64,000 nt of DNA from an uncultured Nitrospirales bacterium. Its GTDB lineage: Bacteria; Hydrogenedentota; Hydrogenedentia; Hydrogenedentales; SCBR16-9. A program made the position numbers and the translations under genes. Where the stretch lies: contig CAZIDP010000010.1 in NCBI GenBank assembly GCA_964537975.1, positions 39,433 through 103,432 on the forward strand, read 5' to 3'. Positions 40,476-51,256 of this stretch are shown one piece after another. How positions within the stretch are numbered: position 1 is the first letter of the stretch; every line of letters starts with the position of its first letter. The notes beneath the pieces were generated by a model. The model was not told the origin of the DNA. It did no database searches and worked only from the letters and a program-made list of their open reading frames with translations.

Positions 40476-41653
40476 GATAATAAAGGTTCCATGGTTTCAA
40501 CTCTATGCTTTGCGGCCTCTCGAGCAGAGCGGTCCGCATTCAGTATTTCATCAAGGTTCATGTCTTGTACAACAGTACAATGCCGTCGCACATCTGCCAC
40601 CACCTCACAAATTTGCAAAAAGGATATCTTTCGCCCACAAAACGCCTCTACAGCAATTTCGTTGGCAGCATTCAGTATGGCCGGCGCTGTACCACCTTCT
40701 AAAGCGGCAACTCGGGCCATCTCCAGGCAGGGAAACTCTGCAAAGTCGGGCTTTGCGAAAGTTAAGGGAGTCAAAGAACACAAGTCCAGGCGACTCAATG
40801 CCCGGGATGAGCGCTCTGGATACTCCAGTGCATACAAAATGGGCGACTTCATATCAGTCACTCCCATTTGGGCTAAAAAACTGCCGTCCGTAAATTCTAC
40901 CAGACCATGGACTATACTTTGTGGATGTATCACTACATCAATTTTTTCGACTGGAAGCTTGAACAACCACATAGCCTCGATAATTTCTAGGCCTTTGTTC
41001 ATCAAAGTAGCGCTGTCAACACTAATCTTCGGCCCCATGTCCCATGTTGGGTGTTTGACTGCCTGTTCTGGTTTGATGTTTCGGAGATTTTCCCGACGCC
41101 AGCCGTAGAACGGCCCACCAGAAGCCGTTAGATGAATTCGGTGAAGTCCTTTTTTTGAATGTCCTTGAAGACACTGAAAAATAGCATTATGTTCACTATC
41201 TACCGGCAACACAGGAACACCATGACGTGATGCGGATTCCATCACAAGAGCACCTGCCATGACAAATGGCTCTTTATTTGCCACTGCTACAGTGTTTCCA
41301 CTTTCAATAGCGACAAGCAAAGGCTGTAGACCAGCAGCACCTACTATGGCACACATCGCAATATCTACAGGTATACGCGCCAGCTCACATAACCCTTCAG
41401 CTCCTTCGAGAATAGTAACACCTGTTACATCTATCCGCAATCGTGATGCTGCCTCGGGATTACTCACCGCGACATAACGCGGTTGAAAACGACGTATTTG
41501 TTGAATGAGCAAATCCGTATTCGAATGTGCAGCCAATCCAACAACCTCAAAGCGCTCCGGAAATTCAGCAACTACTTCAAGTGTATTCCGACCAACAGAC
41601 CCTGTCGAGCCGAACAAAACGATTTTTTTTCGTTTTATTTCACTCGATTTCAT
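40472..41653 (-). CDS. dxr: 1-deoxy-D-xylulose-5-phosphate reductoisomerase
   Basis: GSTGSVG, ANKE, PVDSEHNAIFQ, TASGGPF, MGPKISVDSATLMNKGLE. Confidence 0.98.
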   Translation of the reverse strand: MKSSEIKRKKIVLFGSTGSVGRNTLEVVAEFPERFEVVGLAAHSNTDLLIQQIRRFQPRYVAVSNPEAASRLRIDVTGVTILEGAEGLCELARIPVDIAMCAIVGAAGLQPLLVAIESGNTVAVANKEPFVMAGALVMESASRHGVPVLPVDSEHNAIFQCLQGHSKKGLHRIHLTASGGPFYGWRRENLRNIKPEQAVKHPTWDMGPKISVDSATLMNKGLEIIEAMWLFKLPVEKIDVVIHPQSIVHGLVEFTDGSFLAQMGVTDMKSPILYALEYPERSSRALSRLDLCSLTPLTFAKPDFAEFPCLEMARVAALEGGTAPAILNAANEIAVEAFCGRKISFLQICEVVADVRRHCTVVQDMNLDEILNADRSAREAAKHRVETMEPLLS

Positions 41654-43451
41654 TAGTATGCAAGCTTTCTGAATGATTTTCCACCGTATGCATTTTATCT
41701 GTACTGCTGTAAAATTTCATGGTGCCTTTTTGATCTTGCCGTAAGCGTAACCTATTTTTTATTTCGTCAATTGTTGAACTTTCAAGGGCAGCATCTGCCA
41801 AATTCTTGGCTTGCTCAATATTTGTATGAACAACCTCGGCACGAACACGAGGCAAGGCCACCGATGACATACTCAATACACGTATTCCCAACCCAAGCAA
41901 CAATTCTGTATACAAGGGGTCGCTAGCCATTTCACCACAGATACGGCAAGAAATTCCGGCATTGTCCGCTGCCTGCGCTGTATGATGAATCATTCGAATT
42001 ACTGAAGGATGCGCAGGTTCATAGAGATATGCAATTTTCTCATTTGAGCGGTCTACTGCCAGTGAATACTGGATTAAATCATTGGTGCCAATACTGAAAA
42101 AATCACATTCACGAGCCAAATCATCAACCAACAATACAGCCGATGGTACTTCAATCATGGAACCAAGCTTTATATCTGGGCTATATTCAATTCCATCTGC
42201 TTTCAGCTCTTCCAATACTTCATTATATATATCTTTGACCTGACGAAGCTCATCAACACTGCTAATCATGGGAAACATGATTTCCATGTTGCCATGTTTG
42301 GATGCTCTGCACATGGCCCTGAGTTGTACCTTGAAAATATCCGGTCTGGCCAGGCAAAAACGCACTGCGCGTAATCCCAATTGCGGATTATCTTCCTTCG
42401 ATATCTGGAGGTGAGACACAAATTTATCACCCCCAATATCAATGGTACGAAGGGTTACTGGTTGAGGTGCAAATGCTTTAACGACATTGGCATATGCCTG
42501 ATATTGCTCCTCTTCAGACGGCAAAGTATTGCGATTCAGAAACAAGTATTCTGTTCTATACAAGCCAATACCTTCTGAAAACATGTCTTTACAATGCTGA
42601 ATTTCTATAGGCAGCTCAATGTTTGCTTGTGTGATGATACGCTCGCCATCAAGTGTTTCCCAAGGTCCGCCATGCAATACTTCTTCAAGTAAATTCTTGC
42701 GTTCAATGTCAAGTACCTGTTTTGCGTTTTCGTATCTAGATTGTGTCTCCGGAGTTGGCTCAACAATCACCAAACCAGCAGCTCCATCTATAATCATGTT
42801 GTGTCCGGAGGCTATATGGTTACAGAAATCTCCCAGACCCATTACAGCGGGAACCTCAAGAGCCCGTGCCAGAATGGAAGTGTGTGAGGTCATGCTTCCT
42901 GAGTCAAGTGCGATGCCACAGACATGTCGTAAATCAATTACCGCAGTATCAGAGGGCGAAAGATCATGCATTACAATGATACATCGCTCGTGCAAGTTTC
43001 CCAGGTTGGGACGCTCACAATTCAGCAAAATGCGAATAATTCTATCCACCACATCATGTAAATCTGCTGTGCGCTCACGTAAGGTAAAATCATCCAGGTT
43101 ACTCAGCATACGCTCGTATTTACGACACATCAACAGGAGCACATGCTCAACGTTTTTACGCTCTGTTTCCAGCAACTCTGCTACACCATCCAGCATTGCA
43201 ACATCTTGTAATAACATCAGGTGTGCTTGAAAAATATTGGCGTGCGATTCTCCCAACTCTTTTTTTGTAGTCTCAAAAAGCTGAATTAAATCTTCGCGTG
43301 CAGTTTCAATGGCCGTATCTAAGCGTTGCATTTCTGCGTCTGGATCAGAAATGGCATAATCCGGCACATCACATGGTTCTACACCAATTACCAATGACGG
43401 TGCTAAAGCAATCCCCGGAGACACCCCAATACCATTGAATGTTTTTTCCAA
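41640..43451 (-). CDS. ptsI: PTS enzyme I
   Basis: GSMTSHTSILAR phospho-His, GIGLYRTE, NPQLGLRAVR, SIGTNDLIQY, ICGEMA. Confidence 0.96.
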   Translation of the reverse strand: MEKTFNGIGVSPGIALAPSLVIGVEPCDVPDYAISDPDAEMQRLDTAIETAREDLIQLFETTKKELGESHANIFQAHLMLLQDVAMLDGVAELLETERKNVEHVLLLMCRKYERMLSNLDDFTLRERTADLHDVVDRIIRILLNCERPNLGNLHERCIIVMHDLSPSDTAVIDLRHVCGIALDSGSMTSHTSILARALEVPAVMGLGDFCNHIASGHNMIIDGAAGLVIVEPTPETQSRYENAKQVLDIERKNLLEEVLHGGPWETLDGERIITQANIELPIEIQHCKDMFSEGIGLYRTEYLFLNRNTLPSEEEQYQAYANVVKAFAPQPVTLRTIDIGGDKFVSHLQISKEDNPQLGLRAVRFCLARPDIFKVQLRAMCRASKHGNMEIMFPMISSVDELRQVKDIYNEVLEELKADGIEYSPDIKLGSMIEVPSAVLLVDDLARECDFFSIGTNDLIQYSLAVDRSNEKIAYLYEPAHPSVIRMIHHTAQAADNAGISCRICGEMASDPLYTELLLGLGIRVLSMSSVALPRVRAEVVHTNIEQAKNLADAALESSTIDEIKNRLRLRQDQKGTMKFYSSTDKMHTVENHSESLHTNEIE

Positions 43452-43457
43452 AGTTTC

Positions 43458-43742
43458 CTATTCCTCTCCGAATCCAGAGGCAAAAAGTTCTTTTACGGCA
43501 TCCAAGGCTTCTTGCGCATCCTTGCCCTTGCAATGTACCATCAGACGACTACTACGGGTTGCCGCAAGCGTTAACAATCCCATAATGCTTTTGGCATTAA
43601 CACGATTTCCGTTAAAATTAAAATGAACATCGGACTCAAATGATAATACACGCTGAACTATTGCTGCGGCCGGACGCGCATGTATTCCCAATCGGTTGGT
43701 TACCGTAACTTCTTCTGTAACTTCATGTACGCCATCATCCAT
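43458..43742 (-). CDS. ptsH: Phosphocarrier protein HPr
   Basis: GIHARPA (His15) and NAKSIMGL (Ser46). Confidence 0.96.
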   Translation of the reverse strand: MDDGVHEVTEEVTVTNRLGIHARPAAAIVQRVLSFESDVHFNFNGNRVNAKSIMGLLTLAATRSSRLMVHCKGKDAQEALDAVKELFASGFGEE

Positions 43743-43990
43743 GCTTGGCTGTCTCCTTCAGTAAATATGGGTCCGCATTCATTAAGCTCCGACGGACACA
43801 ATAACAATGGTTACACATTATTAGAATGGGTTGTAACAGCGCTATGACGTAGCACGGTGTTTCAACCGATGCAGAGTGCATGAGAAGCAACTAAAGATGT
43901 CATGGTTTATATTCCAAGTGTGAATCATACGTTAACCGAGTATAGGTCGGCAAGATGTAACTCCAGACTTCGAAATATTCTCGTCTTACT

Positions 43991-46135
43991 TTACAAGATC
44001 GGATAAATAACTTTAGTTGACATGTGAAATGTATGCGTCTGCCCAGGACTCGATTCAAAAACCCGAGTCGGAATCACAACACTACCCTGGTATACTCTTT
44101 CTTGACCTCCCTCAGACTGGCTGATGGTCTCAATCGGGTATACAAAAAAATCTGCCACATCGGACAAGTGTATATGAAATGCCATGTTCATCCAGGAATC
44201 GCAAAGCGCGATGTGAGAGATGCGATTAAAACAATCACGCACACCCAGCATAGCATTCTCCAGGTTCTTTTCTTCAGAGTAGTAATATCGATCATGTGCT
44301 GTGCCGGTGAGAAAATTAACCACCCATTCTACACCAAATCGAAAATTACATGCGCTACCTTGTATATGCTCCAGTGTATAACCCACTTCAGTTATAGCCG
44401 TATCTGGGGACAGGCTCAACTGTTTAGTAATACAGAAATGTTGCGTTTCTGGTGTATTTATATGTCCATCACGCGACATAGTTAATTTATTCGTGTCTTT
44501 TGTAAGCGAGTACTCACCCGTCGCGAAATCACCCAGTTCGTTATAAGAATTAGACCACAATGCATCGGGTGAAATGTCCAGCTCAAAAAAGTGGTCCCGC
44601 AATGAAACCCGCCGATATGAATCATACAATAAATACCCATCGAGTCCAGCTTCCTTCACACGGGTGATCTCATGGATACTCTGATTACCATCTGATACTT
44701 CACCAACCTGAACATTTCCACCACGGAGATTGTCGTGATATGGTTCTTCCCGACGGGTCAACGTATTTAATAAATTAAAGGGCTTGGGTTTATAATCCAA
44801 TTCAAAAAGTGTACCACCGTCCAGAGGACATACATATGCTGAAAGTTTGCTGTTGCTTAATAATCCCTCGGGATTCCCATCTCCATCGAAATCGCTTACC
44901 GCACACGCTACCCACCCAGTATCTTTACCATGCTCCAGTGAATCTAAGATAACGTCTGCTGCAATCATTTTTTCATACAGCGCGGTACGAAGATGATTGA
45001 GGTAGAGTCCACCAAAGACACCATGCCAGTACGCACAATTACATTGTGCCTCGTGCAATAATTTTTCAACTTCGGCAAAGCTGCCTTTGGAATCCAATGG
45101 GTCTCGCATTGCCTCCAGGCGATTACTAACTTGGAGCATACGTTTTTGAAGATTATTCGATTCGTCATATTTTGCGAGAAAACTCCGCCAAAACCCACCT
45201 CGAATAAAGGGTTCAATCCTTTTGAAATAATGCGGGTCTTCTTTAAGTCCATGAACCAGGCTGTGTAATTCACGTTGTGCCGGGGTAGGCAAAGCCCATT
45301 CCATCATTTCAACATACGATGCGCAGGTAATGTACGCTCTACCCAAAGCTCTTGCTTTGTCAAGATGTTGGTTGTATGTCACTGAGTGCAGCCATTCTTT
45401 ATTGTCGGTAATAGCTTGAAAAAAGGCTTCCAGCCACTTCTCTTTATATACACTGTTGAAAGTACCGGGCCATATACCAAATTTCTCACTGTCATCATGA
45501 ATCACCGCACAACGCAAACCATCTTCAGTAGCATGTTCGTGTAGAAATGCAATGGACTGGTCTACCGGGTGAAATGGAATCAGATATCGCAAGCGCTCCA
45601 ATATCGGGAACACTTTCAAGGTTAATCCTTCATGCTCGGTCATGTAATACCCGAATAAGTCTTCACGCGTATAACCAGAACATAAAAAATGGGTATCATC
45701 CAGCGCGGTATATTCCACTCCGGCCTTTGCCAATGTGCCTGCCATTTGAGGCTCCCAAACACGCTCTGTCAACCACATACCTTTGGGGCGTGCACCAAAA
45801 TGCTCTTCGCAGAAGGTATGCATGCGATTGATCTGTGCTATTGCATCACGTTCCGGGATAGCACAAATGAGTGGTTCATAAAACCCACCCCCCATCATCT
45901 CTACTTGACCTCGTTGCACGAGTAGTGACAGACGTTTCAGAAAATCAGGTTCGTTAGCAGCAAACCAGTCAAGTAAGGGGCCTGTATAATGCAGCGTTAC
46001 ATGAACTTCAGGGAAATTTTGAAGCACATCAATAAATGGCTTATATGATTTTTCATATGCTTCTCTGAAGACAAAGTCGAAATTACCTACCGGTTGATGA
46101 CCATGGCATCCAAATATAAGATTAATATGCTTCAT
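43991..46135 (-). CDS. GH57 alpha-amylase/4-alpha-glucanotransferase
   Basis: HGHQPVGN, GMWLTERVW, DDSEKFG, AQCNCAYWHGVFGGLY. Confidence 0.9.
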   Translation of the reverse strand: MKHINLIFGCHGHQPVGNFDFVFREAYEKSYKPFIDVLQNFPEVHVTLHYTGPLLDWFAANEPDFLKRLSLLVQRGQVEMMGGGFYEPLICAIPERDAIAQINRMHTFCEEHFGARPKGMWLTERVWEPQMAGTLAKAGVEYTALDDTHFLCSGYTREDLFGYYMTEHEGLTLKVFPILERLRYLIPFHPVDQSIAFLHEHATEDGLRCAVIHDDSEKFGIWPGTFNSVYKEKWLEAFFQAITDNKEWLHSVTYNQHLDKARALGRAYITCASYVEMMEWALPTPAQRELHSLVHGLKEDPHYFKRIEPFIRGGFWRSFLAKYDESNNLQKRMLQVSNRLEAMRDPLDSKGSFAEVEKLLHEAQCNCAYWHGVFGGLYLNHLRTALYEKMIAADVILDSLEHGKDTGWVACAVSDFDGDGNPEGLLSNSKLSAYVCPLDGGTLFELDYKPKPFNLLNTLTRREEPYHDNLRGGNVQVGEVSDGNQSIHEITRVKEAGLDGYLLYDSYRRVSLRDHFFELDISPDALWSNSYNELGDFATGEYSLTKDTNKLTMSRDGHINTPETQHFCITKQLSLSPDTAITEVGYTLEHIQGSACNFRFGVEWVVNFLTGTAHDRYYYSEEKNLENAMLGVRDCFNRISHIALCDSWMNMAFHIHLSDVADFFVYPIETISQSEGGQERVYQGSVVIPTRVFESSPGQTHTFHMSTKVIYPIL

Positions 46136-46281
46136 TATAAAGAAAACTTTCTAGAGTATTTTTTTTTGAACGTATCGTTATTCCCTTATTCATGTCTTCA
46201 CGTACACCAGAATCGTGTCGTAGACCAGGCAATCAAAAAAATAACGATTCATTGATCGTAAAAATATTTATCATAAACAAC

Positions 46282-47250
46282 TCATCTATTTCGTTCATTC
46301 ATGATTCGCAATAAACGCTCATTGAATTGTTTTGCTGGATTCATCCCCATTTCTTTGAGCCGGTGGTTTAATGAAGCAACCTCAATTATAATGGCCATGT
46401 TGCGACCTGGACGTACGGGTATTCGCAGATATGGAATGCGCACGCCCAGAATTTCTACAAATTCTTCCAGAAGCCCGGTACGATCGTAATTGGCATCTTC
46501 GTTCCATTCTTCAAGCTCTACAATCAGGCCGATGGTCTTGCGATTACGCACCCGACCAACACCAAAAACAGCCTTTACATCAATAATCCCGACACCTCGG
46601 ATTTCCATATGATGCTCAACCATCTCATTGGTTTCTGCATACAGATGGTCTTCACGATGTCGTTTAAGTGCGACAACATCATCTGCTACCAAGCGGTGAC
46701 CACGTTCAATCAATTCCAACGCTGTTTCACTTTTACCTACACCGGGAGAGCCTACAATCAGGCATCCGACACCATAACAATCTACAGCTGTTGCATGAAT
46801 TACAGTTTCTGGTGAGAACTCCTCCGCAAGGAAGAGGATGATACGACTGATAACTTCATCGGTGCTGCTTGATGATTGAAGTACCGGGACACCTCGCTGA
46901 TTGCACATATCCAGAAAAATGTTTTGTGGAGTCAGATGCCTGGATAAAACAAAGGCGGGAATCTCGAACGAAAACATGCTGTCCAATCGAGACGACAATA
47001 AAGCAGTATTCAGCTTCTCCATATAATGGATTTCTGTATTGCCTAAAATCTGTACCCGATCATTTGCAAAATATTCCAGATACCCACCAAGTGCCAGGCC
47101 AGGTCGATTAATGTCCGAAGAAAGTACTGGACGCCCAACCCCCTGGAACCCTGCCATAACTTCCAGTTCAAGCTCTTGCGTCATATAATCCAACAGACGC
47201 GCCACAGCGATGTGCGTTTTGCGGTTGACCGGTAGATCCTGGGTATCCAT
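46282..47250 (-). CDS. hprK: HPr kinase/phosphorylase
   Basis: INRPGLAL, GVGKSETALELIERGHRLVADD, MEIRGVGII, IPVRPGRN. Confidence 0.97.
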   Translation of the reverse strand: MDTQDLPVNRKTHIAVARLLDYMTQELELEVMAGFQGVGRPVLSSDINRPGLALGGYLEYFANDRVQILGNTEIHYMEKLNTALLSSRLDSMFSFEIPAFVLSRHLTPQNIFLDMCNQRGVPVLQSSSSTDEVISRIILFLAEEFSPETVIHATAVDCYGVGCLIVGSPGVGKSETALELIERGHRLVADDVVALKRHREDHLYAETNEMVEHHMEIRGVGIIDVKAVFGVGRVRNRKTIGLIVELEEWNEDANYDRTGLLEEFVEILGVRIPYLRIPVRPGRNMAIIIEVASLNHRLKEMGMNPAKQFNERLLRIMNERNR

Positions 47251-47373
47251 TACACCTCAATCTGTTGTAAAGCAGAAACAACCTTAACAAGGAACTTGTA
47301 CAGCGCACTCAGGCACCACGATGCAGGAATCGTTGTTACCTCAGACACCTGAGTTTCGCTTTGTGTTTACAGA

Positions 47374-47940
47374 TTAAAACTGGGGCTCAATTAAACCATA
47401 TGTGCCGTCTCCACGCGCATACAACACATTGACTTTCGCAGTGTCCGCATTTGAAAACACCAGAAAATTGTGATCTCCAAGCAACTGTAACTGCATCAAT
47501 GCTTCATCTATATTCAATGGTGTCATTGGCAATTGTTCGCGTTTGATCACTTCATGACTGCTCTCTTCTTTGTCATAATCGTCAGAACCATTCCCCATAG
47601 GCAAAGCCAGGATTGCATGATTATAATCTTGTAACTGCTCTACAACACGAGGCTTGTGTCTTTTGATGCGACCTTTGAACTTGCGAATCTGCTTTTCGAG
47701 TTTGTCAATAGCCGCATCTACCGAGGCATACATGTCACCCGATGATTCTTTACTATGGATTCGAACGCCATTGATGTTCAGGTTCACTTCTGTAATCTGT
47801 TGCAGCTTCTGCACCTCGAGTACGACATCCGCTTGCAGGACTTTCTCAAAGTGCGAATCAAGCTTCGTTAAAGCATTCTCAACATAAGAACGCAAGGCAT
47901 CGGTCAATTCCATATGCCGGCCAGCAATTTTAATATTCAT
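47374..47940 (-). CDS. hpf: Ribosome hibernation promoting factor (long HPF)
   Basis: MNIKIAGRHMELT, DMYASVD..KLEKQIRK, C-terminal domain ending DGTYGLIEP; GGAGG RBS before ATG 47940. Confidence 0.93.
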   Translation of the reverse strand: MNIKIAGRHMELTDALRSYVENALTKLDSHFEKVLQADVVLEVQKLQQITEVNLNINGVRIHSKESSGDMYASVDAAIDKLEKQIRKFKGRIKRHKPRVVEQLQDYNHAILALPMGNGSDDYDKEESSHEVIKREQLPMTPLNIDEALMQLQLLGDHNFLVFSNADTAKVNVLYARGDGTYGLIEPQF

Positions 47941-48573
47941 GGCGTTTACAACCTCCGTTAATAAGTACAGGTATGATGGCGCATCATAGCACCGAATTTC
48001 CAGACTTGTCAATTATTCTTGTTTTTTCGCCTTGTAGTTAACCTCCTAAATCGTTTAGTCGGAATAGCTTAGGTATTTAAAAAACCATAGATATCGTCCT
48101 ATTCCATACCCTAAAGAAAGAACACCAACCGCATCCAGAATTACAAACTTGCACACGGGTGGTGTTGTTACGATAGCTATAAAATATGTGAGGAAGATAT
48201 ACTATTCTTTCAAGGAATACTGCGGTAATACCCTTTCTTACCATAACGCCTCTCTTTGAAGCGCATCAAGCAAAAAGACTACAATTATTCGAAACTATAA
48301 TAAATTTGACAATTGGTCAACAATTAACTAAAATCTTTACCAGGATCACTTTAATTGTAGCACATATTATGCTACTTGCAAAGTGACAATTTAAAATAAT
48401 ACAGCTTCGTATCGAAATGCGTGTGCTGTATTCAGCAATATCAGATGGCTACAACCCTTTTGTATATTGTTGACAACTTGTCATTCGTTTTATCGGCTAC
48501 CTGTAAATGAATCAGGTGGTGTGGTTCGACGGATGACAGAATAGACTGTTCAATTGACAACCGAGGGAGGCCG

Positions 48574-48912
48574 TTGAGCAGAATGAATCAAGTTGCTCAG
48601 GAATTATGTGAGAAAGAAGCGCTGGCACCTATACATCCTGTTACCAAGCATGATGATTTCATGGTACTTGGGGGACCAGCAGCTATTCGAAGACACTTGT
48701 GGCGGTATGGTGCAGAAAATTCAGAGAACCTCGACCCTGATCTGGAAACCATCCGGGTTTCCATGCGCATCCCGATGGATGTATTTGAAGCAATTGGATT
48801 GGCTGCTTGTGGGGAAGGAATGACTCGTCAGGAACTGGTTATACGGCTGTTGACGATGGGATTGTCACAAATGCCACGTTCCATCTATCCTGGTGAATTT
48901 TCCGATTCCTGA
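48574..48912 (+). CDS. Small protein with a C-terminal ribbon-helix-helix-like DNA-binding domain
   Basis: GAGGGAGG RBS, TTG start; IRVSMRIPMDVFEAIGLAACGEGMTRQELVIRLL. Confidence 0.6.
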   Translation: MSRMNQVAQELCEKEALAPIHPVTKHDDFMVLGGPAAIRRHLWRYGAENSENLDPDLETIRVSMRIPMDVFEAIGLAACGEGMTRQELVIRLLTMGLSQMPRSIYPGEFSDS

Positions 48913-48983
48913 AAATCAGTTGATTTGAACCAGTAACGTAACTACATTATCCATACAACAAAGAATGCTATGTTACTGAAAAA

Positions 48984-49229
48984 TCAGTGACGCCATAACA
49001 AAAGAAAGCGCGTCCATAAAGTGGCATTGTGACGCAAATCTTTTTTCTGCTTTTTAGTTTTATAAGCAGTTGATGTAGCATTATTGTATCCATTCCCCTG
49101 GATGCCTTTATCCCATTCAGAATCGAAGGCAGAAGGATCTGGATAGTAGGGCTCCTCTTCAATAAAGTCATAGTTACTGTCAAAATCTTCGGCTTCAGGG
49201 GCTCCGTCATCATGAAATACATATGGCAT
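48984..49229 (-). CDS. Small hypothetical protein (acidic N-terminus, basic/hydrophobic C-terminus)
   Basis: Strong AAAGGAGGAG RBS before the ATG. Confidence 0.55.
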   Translation of the reverse strand: MPYVFHDDGAPEAEDFDSNYDFIEEEPYYPDPSAFDSEWDKGIQGNGYNNATSTAYKTKKQKKDLRHNATLWTRFLLLWRH

Positions 49230-49685
49230 AACGCTATACTCCTCCTTTCATTCGGAAGATCGTTTCTTGCGTTCAAACTATTATACCTGATTCTACGATT
49301 TATTGATTGCAATACGATGCAAAACTAATTAGAATTTCATTAGCTGATCAACAAATGATTCGGCTTGACATTATCGCAATTACAGTATCGATTACGCATT
49401 TAAAGCTGTCAATCAACGAGATAAACGCACAGAAATTAGTCGTGTTGGCATGTAGTCCCCAATCATTTAACGCTTCATAAGTCATAGCAGAAAAGGCATA
49501 ATTGAAATAAATTACAATGCCACTATCAGCCCATAAAACTACGGCATAAGAATCTGGCTGAATATCGCAGACAACAACTCAACTATGTTTTGTGAAAATT
49601 TCAGGAGTTCATATATAAATGTACGCAAGTCTTACAGAGCAAGTCAGAATCAGCACACTACCAGAAGACGGCACTGCCAGGCAGA

Positions 49686-51086
49686 TTAAGTCGGAAAATT
49701 AAACTGCTCTATGTCGCATGGCGAATGTGCTTTGTCAAGAAGTTCCTGTGCCTTCGCAACAATATCCGGGTGCTCTCCAGCCAAATCATGTTGTTCCCCA
49801 ATGTCTTCAGCTAGATTATAAAGTTCTATAGAGTTGAATGGTCGCTCACTCATACTGAGTTGAACTGCTTTCCAGTCGCCACATCGTATTGCCCGCTTCC
49901 CACCTTGCTCATGAAATTCCCAATACAGATGATCATGTAGTTTCTGGGAGTCAGGGTGACCCAGGAGTGTCGGCAGGAATGAAATGCCATCTGTGTCGTG
50001 CGGAATTGCGGCACCGGCCAATTCGCAAGCGGTAGGCAGAAAATCCCAGAACGCGGATACATGGTCGGTCGTCGTAGCTTCTTGTATTTTTCCCGGCCAC
50101 CAGGCAATGAATGGTACGCGAATACCTCCTTCATACAAATCACGCTTACCCCCTCTATGTACACCACTGGAATTAAAAAAGAAACGATCATGACCCCCTT
50201 CATGCATGGCGCCATTATCACTGGTAAATATGACCAGTGTATTTTCGGCAATTCCAAGTTCTTTGAGTTTATCCAGCAATTGGCCTACTTCCCAATCCAT
50301 CCGCGACACCATCGCAGCAAAAGCTGTACGTGGTTCTTCTTCACTTCGATAATGCCCCTGAATAACAGGTTCCTCATCAAATTGACTACGATACATCTTC
50401 ATCCAGTCTTCGGGTGCATATAGACTTGCGTGCGGAATCTGCATAGACCAGTGCAAAAAGAATGGTCCATCTTTGTGCGATTCCAGGTAACGTGTGATGT
50501 CGTCCATAAATAAATCATGACTGTAATGGGTTCCCTCATGCAACGCATTTCCGGGATAATGAATAACCTCACCATTATGGTATAGCTTTTCTGGAAAATA
50601 ATGGTGGGCATCTACATGGGTCAGGTATCCGAAGAAGTGGTCAAAACCTTTGGCATTGGGCTGTTCCGGTGTGGTAATACAACCCGTGCTCGCCTTGCCA
50701 ATCATAGCGGTGTGATATCCGACTGTTTGTAAAAGTTCCGCCACCGTAGTATCTTCGGGAGATGTTCGCAATTGGTAATCTCCATTGCCCCGCACATACG
50801 TATTGCCTGAATGTTTCCCTGTGAGAAAACACGCACGAGAAGGCGCGCAAACCGTGCTGCCGGCATAATGCTGTGTAAACATCAACCCCTCAGAGGCCAT
50901 TCGATCGATGCATGGAGTTTTGATAACTTCCTGGCCGTAACACCCGAGATCGGCATATCCAAGATCATCGGCAAGTATGAATATGATATTGGGACGATCT
51001 TCCGGGGTCCCTGCAACTGCTAGAGGGTTAAACATAGCTGCTAAGCCCAAAGTCCCTGTCAGTTTCATAAATGATCTTCGTTCCAT
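49686..51086 (-). CDS. Tat-exported Cys-type arylsulfatase
   Basis: RRSFMK signal; ADDLG, CAPSRACFLTG, TSDNG, GKRDLYEGGIRVP. Confidence 0.95.
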   Translation of the reverse strand: MERRSFMKLTGTLGLAAMFNPLAVAGTPEDRPNIIFILADDLGYADLGCYGQEVIKTPCIDRMASEGLMFTQHYAGSTVCAPSRACFLTGKHSGNTYVRGNGDYQLRTSPEDTTVAELLQTVGYHTAMIGKASTGCITTPEQPNAKGFDHFFGYLTHVDAHHYFPEKLYHNGEVIHYPGNALHEGTHYSHDLFMDDITRYLESHKDGPFFLHWSMQIPHASLYAPEDWMKMYRSQFDEEPVIQGHYRSEEEPRTAFAAMVSRMDWEVGQLLDKLKELGIAENTLVIFTSDNGAMHEGGHDRFFFNSSGVHRGGKRDLYEGGIRVPFIAWWPGKIQEATTTDHVSAFWDFLPTACELAGAAIPHDTDGISFLPTLLGHPDSQKLHDHLYWEFHEQGGKRAIRCGDWKAVQLSMSERPFNSIELYNLAEDIGEQHDLAGEHPDIVAKAQELLDKAHSPCDIEQFNFPT

Positions 51087-51256
51087 AGTACCTCCTTCGA
51101 AAAATTGGTATTTAAAGTGGACTCTATTTCCAAGTTGACGTTTTCATGTAATATCGTACAAGTATCAACATGTAAATTGGCAGGTTGTACCTAATGGTCT
51201 GAATATGTTTTCATGGTAGCAGGTTGATAGTCACAATTAATACAAAGGGGAACGTC

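Noticed and set aside
47266-47372. Possible structured ncRNA between hpf and hprK (ACTCAGG...CCTGAGT, TGTAAA...TTTACA)
   Set aside because: Only short imperfect stems and no match to an RNA family I recognise
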